DNA from: an uncultured Gemmatimonadales bacterium
GTDB lineage: Bacteria; Gemmatimonadota; Gemmatimonadetes; Palauibacterales; Palauibacteraceae
Direction: 5' to 3'
Assembly: GCA_963783385.1 (NCBI GenBank)
Contig: CAWANJ010000009.1
Location: 544,001 to 608,000 of the forward strand
DNA length: 64,000 nucleotides
The notes below the pieces were generated by a model, which searched no databases, had not been told where the DNA came from, and saw only the letters and a program-made list of their open reading frames with translations. Positions 60,893-64,000 of the stretch are shown here, piece after piece (position 1 is the stretch's first letter; each line of letters opens with the position of its first letter). A program made the position numbers and the translations under genes.

Positions 60893-61197
60893 CACCACTT
60901 CAGCATATCGAAGCGGTCGACGTCGATGTCTCCGTAGTGGCGGAAGGCGGCGATGATGATCGCCAGACCCACGGCGGCCTCGGCCGCCGCCACCGCCATG
61001 ACGAAGAACACGATGATCTGTCCGTCGATCCCGAGGAGCCGCGAGAACGCCACCAGGCTGAGGTTCACGGCGTTGAGCATGAGCTCCACGCACAGGAAGA
61101 CCACGATGGCGTTACGCCTCAGCAGGGCGCCCGTGACGCCGATGGCGAACAGCGCGGCACTCACCAGGAGCGCGACGCGGATCAAGGTCGGAGTCAC
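60892..61197 (-). CDS. nuoK: NADH-quinone oxidoreductase subunit K
   Basis: RRNAI...ELMLNAVN...[10 protein letters not shown]. Confidence 0.97.
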   Translation of the reverse strand: MTPTLIRVALLVSAALFAIGVTGALLRRNAIVVFLCVELMLNAVNLSLVAFSRLLGIDGQIIVFFVMAVAAAEAAVGLAIIIAAFRHYGDIDVDRFDMLKW

Positions 61198-61725
61198 CTA
61201 GGGTGCCTCCTTCCGGGCCAGCACCATGGACCCGACGATCGCCACCAGCAGCAGGAGCGAAGTGACCTCGAACGGCACGAGGTAGGTACGGAACAGCGGG
61301 ACCGCGAGCGCGCCGATCGCTCCCCTGGCCTTCAGGGCGGCCTGGATCGGGTCGGCCGCCTCGCCACCGGAGGCGGTCAGCGGATCGCTCCCCGTCAGCA
61401 GGGTCCACGCCGTGAACGCGGCCAGGGCGATCCCGAACGCGCCGGCCAGCAGCCGGGCCATCGCGCCCCTGAAGTCCGGCAGCTCGGCGTGTCCCAGGTT
61501 GAGGAGCATGACCACGAACAGGAACAGGACCATGATGGCCCCGGCGTAGACGATCACCTGCACCGCGGCGAGGAAGTGCGCCTCGAGCATCACGAACAGC
61601 CCCGCCAGCGAGAACAGCGTGACGATGAGGAACATCACGCTCGACACCGGATTCCGGCTGACCACGACGAACACCGCGCTGAGGAGCGCCGCCGCCGACA
61701 ACAGGAAGAACAGGAATTCGGTCAT
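61198..61725 (-). CDS. nuoJ: NADH-quinone oxidoreductase subunit J
   Basis: NPVSS, AHFLAAVQVIVYAGAIMVLFLFVVML, PFEVTSLLLLVA. Confidence 0.96.
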   Translation of the reverse strand: MTEFLFFLLSAAALLSAVFVVVSRNPVSSVMFLIVTLFSLAGLFVMLEAHFLAAVQVIVYAGAIMVLFLFVVMLLNLGHAELPDFRGAMARLLAGAFGIALAAFTAWTLLTGSDPLTASGGEAADPIQAALKARGAIGALAVPLFRTYLVPFEVTSLLLLVAIVGSMVLARKEAP

Positions 61726-61726
61726 G

Positions 61727-62224
61727 TCACTCCGAGGCCGGGTCGGCCGGGTCCCACAGGGCCGTGAACGGCTGGTCCTGGGCGCACAGGCGCTCCAGGT
61801 CGTAGACCCAGCGCTCCCGGGAGTACTCCGAGTTCTCGTAGTGCACGCCCAGGTGGATCGCCTCCACCGGACACACCTCCTGACAGAAGCCGCAGAAGAT
61901 GCAGCGGAACTCGTCGATCTCGTAGACCGCCGCGTAGCGCTCGCCGCTCTCATCCTCGGCGGGGATGAGCTTGATGCAGTTGACCGGGCACACGGTCGGG
62001 CACAGGCCGCACGCCACGCACTTGGCCCGCCCGTCCTCGTGGGTGGCCATCCGGTGCGTTCCGCGCATGCGCGGGGACAGCTCCCACTTCTCGTCGGGGT
62101 ACTGCTGCGTGACGTTCCGTGGGTTGACCATGTGCCGGAAGGTCACGCCCATCCCCTTGAGCGCGGCGCGCACGTAGGAGCCCTTCTCCTCCGGCCGCCG
62201 CATCACCTTCACCTCGCCGGGCAT
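61727..62224 (-). CDS. nuoI: NADH-quinone oxidoreductase subunit I
   Basis: QYPDE, R.RG, two CxxCxxCxxxCP [4Fe-4S] motifs. Confidence 0.96.
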   Translation of the reverse strand: MPGEVKVMRRPEEKGSYVRAALKGMGVTFRHMVNPRNVTQQYPDEKWELSPRMRGTHRMATHEDGRAKCVACGLCPTVCPVNCIKLIPAEDESGERYAAVYEIDEFRCIFCGFCQEVCPVEAIHLGVHYENSEYSRERWVYDLERLCAQDQPFTALWDPADPASE

Positions 62225-62278
62225 GGCCTCAGCCTCGCTCGTCTCGGGTCACGTCGCTCGCCCGACCCCGTCCGTGTC

Positions 62279-63565
62279 TCACGACCGACCCACCGTGGCC
62301 GAGCCGGCCCCGGAGCGCCGGCTGGCGCGCTCCAGCCGGCGCATCACCGTGTAGGCGGCGCCGCGCGCCAGTCGACCCCGATCGATCACGAGCACCAGGA
62401 GGCCGAGGAGGACGACGTTGACGCCCGTCAGGATCGCCGCGTACAGGAGGCCGAAGGGGATGCCGAGCCGGTCCAGGACCAGCACCGAGCCGGCGACCAC
62501 GAACACGTAGGCCGTGGCGGCCACGATCACGAACTTCCAGCCCAGCTCCATGAGCTGATCGTAACGGAAGCGCGGCAGGGTCCACCGGATCCACACGAAC
62601 ACGGTCACCACGAGACTCGTCTTGATCGTGAAGCTCAGGAAGGTGAGGACGGTCTTCCACCAGGTGGGGTCGCCGATCACCGTGCCATCGGCGAGCACGC
62701 GGATGTTGTCCCCGTGCCAGAACGGAATGTCCCAGCCGCCCAGGAAGAACACCGTGATCAGGGCCGCGGTGGTCAGCATGTGCGCGTATTCGCCCAGGAA
62801 GAACATGCCGAACTTCATGGCCGAATACTCGGTGTGGTAGCCGGCGATGAGCTCCGACTCGGCCTCCGGCAGGTCGAACGGGATCCGCTTGGTCTCGGCC
62901 AGACCCGTGATGAAGAACAGGAAGAAGCTCACGCCGAGCGGCAGGAACAGCCACACGCCGAGCGTCGCGGGCCCCTGGCCCGAGAAGCCCTGCTGCAGGG
63001 AGATGAGGTCCGGGATCCGGACGCCGCCTCCGAGCAGCACGATGGGCACCAGGGTGAGCGCGAGGCCGACCTCGTAGCTGATCATCTGCGCCGAGCCGCG
63101 CATCCCGCCCAGGAAAGCGTACTTGCTCCCGGAGGACCACCCCGCCATTACGACCCCGTAGACGCCGAACGACCCGATGGCCAGTACGTACAGGAAGCCC
63201 ACCGGGACATCCGCCACGATCATGTGGACCAGCCCCCAGCCGGTGGGCAGAGGGGAGGCGAAGGGGATGACGGCGAACAGGATGGTCGCGGGCACCATGG
63301 CCAGCATCGGCGCCAGCAGGTAGAACACCGTCAGGGCGGCATCCGGATAGGTCTCCTCCTTGAGGAGGAACTTGATCCCGTCCGCCATGGTCTGCAGGAG
63401 CCCCCACGGACCCACCCGGTTGGGACCGCTCCGGTCCTGGATGAAGCCGGCCACCTTGCGCTCGAACAGGACCAGCCCACCCACCATCAGCATCAGGAGG
63501 GTGAAGAACAGGACGACCTTGAAGATCGTCATCCACAGAAAGTGAGCGCCGGTCAGCGTCTCCAC
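62279..63565 (-). CDS. nuoH: NADH-quinone oxidoreductase subunit H
   Basis: ERKV, QDRSGPNRVGP.GLLQ..ADG.K, AQMISYE, AET.R.PFDLPEAESEL..GYHTEYS, PRFRYDQLM. Confidence 0.97.
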   Translation of the reverse strand: METLTGAHFLWMTIFKVVLFFTLLMLMVGGLVLFERKVAGFIQDRSGPNRVGPWGLLQTMADGIKFLLKEETYPDAALTVFYLLAPMLAMVPATILFAVIPFASPLPTGWGLVHMIVADVPVGFLYVLAIGSFGVYGVVMAGWSSGSKYAFLGGMRGSAQMISYEVGLALTLVPIVLLGGGVRIPDLISLQQGFSGQGPATLGVWLFLPLGVSFFLFFITGLAETKRIPFDLPEAESELIAGYHTEYSAMKFGMFFLGEYAHMLTTAALITVFFLGGWDIPFWHGDNIRVLADGTVIGDPTWWKTVLTFLSFTIKTSLVVTVFVWIRWTLPRFRYDQLMELGWKFVIVAATAYVFVVAGSVLVLDRLGIPFGLLYAAILTGVNVVLLGLLVLVIDRGRLARGAAYTVMRRLERASRRSGAGSATVGRS

Positions 63566-63566
63566 G

Positions 63567-64000
63567 TCAGGTCGCTCCTCCGGCCACGTCGACCGGCCGT
63601 GCCAGCGACACTCCCTTGAGCCCCAACGAGGACCAGCTCATCGCCTCCATGCCGGGCGTGGCCGCGGCCATCGCGTCGAACGCATCGGAGGCCTCGAGCC
63701 GCGTCGGCTCCTCGCCGCCGAGGAGCCCGACCAGCCTGCTCAGCACCATCCAGGCGGGCCGGGCGATTCCCGCCTCGCGCAGGACCTGGTCGAAGCGCTG
63801 CACCCGGCCCTCCCAGTTGGTGAACGTTCCCTGCATCTCGGCGACGGACGTGATGGGCAAGATGGCGTCGGCCCGGCGCGCCGCTTCGGTGAGCCGCGTG
63901 CCCAGGTAGAGGACGTAGCCGGCACCCTCCCCGAAGTCCGCGTCCGGCAGCGTCGGGTCGTCGTCGAGACGCTCCCCGAGCACGACCAGGGCCTCCCCCG
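63567..64000 (-). CDS. nuoG: NADH-quinone oxidoreductase subunit G, C-terminal part (truncated by window edge)
   Basis: ADAILP...AE..GTFTNWEGRVQ molybdopterin-oxidoreductase-like motif, directly upstream of nuoH. Confidence 0.82.
   Translation of the reverse strand, partial: GEALVVLGERLDDDPTLPDADFGEGAGYVLYLGTRLTEAARRADAILPITSVAEMQGTFTNWEGRVQRFDQVLREAGIARPAWMVLSRLVGLLGGEEPTRLEASDAFDAMAAATPGMEAMSWSSLGLKGVSLARPVDVAGGAT

Overview
This is a GC-rich bacterial chromosome segment, probably Gemmatimonadota judging by gene content and order (inference). It spans the replication terminus. A near-canonical XerC/D dif site lies at 20060-20087, with a perfect DnaA box overlapping its first base. Genes to the left run on the + strand (bshC, murJ, uvrC, gltX, thrC-like, larC, TPR, der, plsY, gpsA, MerR, surE, pcm, yqaA, apt, yfgM-like), apart from one orphan PAS/GAF histidine kinase. 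All ~44 kb of genes to the right run on the - strand: a 7-gene polyprenol-P/GT-C glycosylation cluster, rpoN, lptBAC, kdsDCA-pyrG-kdsB, an OM protein, nitroreductase, xerD, dedA, ispF, fabF-acpP-fabG-fabD-plsX-rpmF-yceD (no fabH), ndk, sucDC, carbamate kinase, UPF0182, PMM/PGM and nuoN-nuoG. KOPS motifs also converge on dif. Three genes (bshC, kdsB, fabF) carry single-base frameshifts that are most likely assembly errors. I saw no rRNA, tRNA, CRISPR, IS or prophage.
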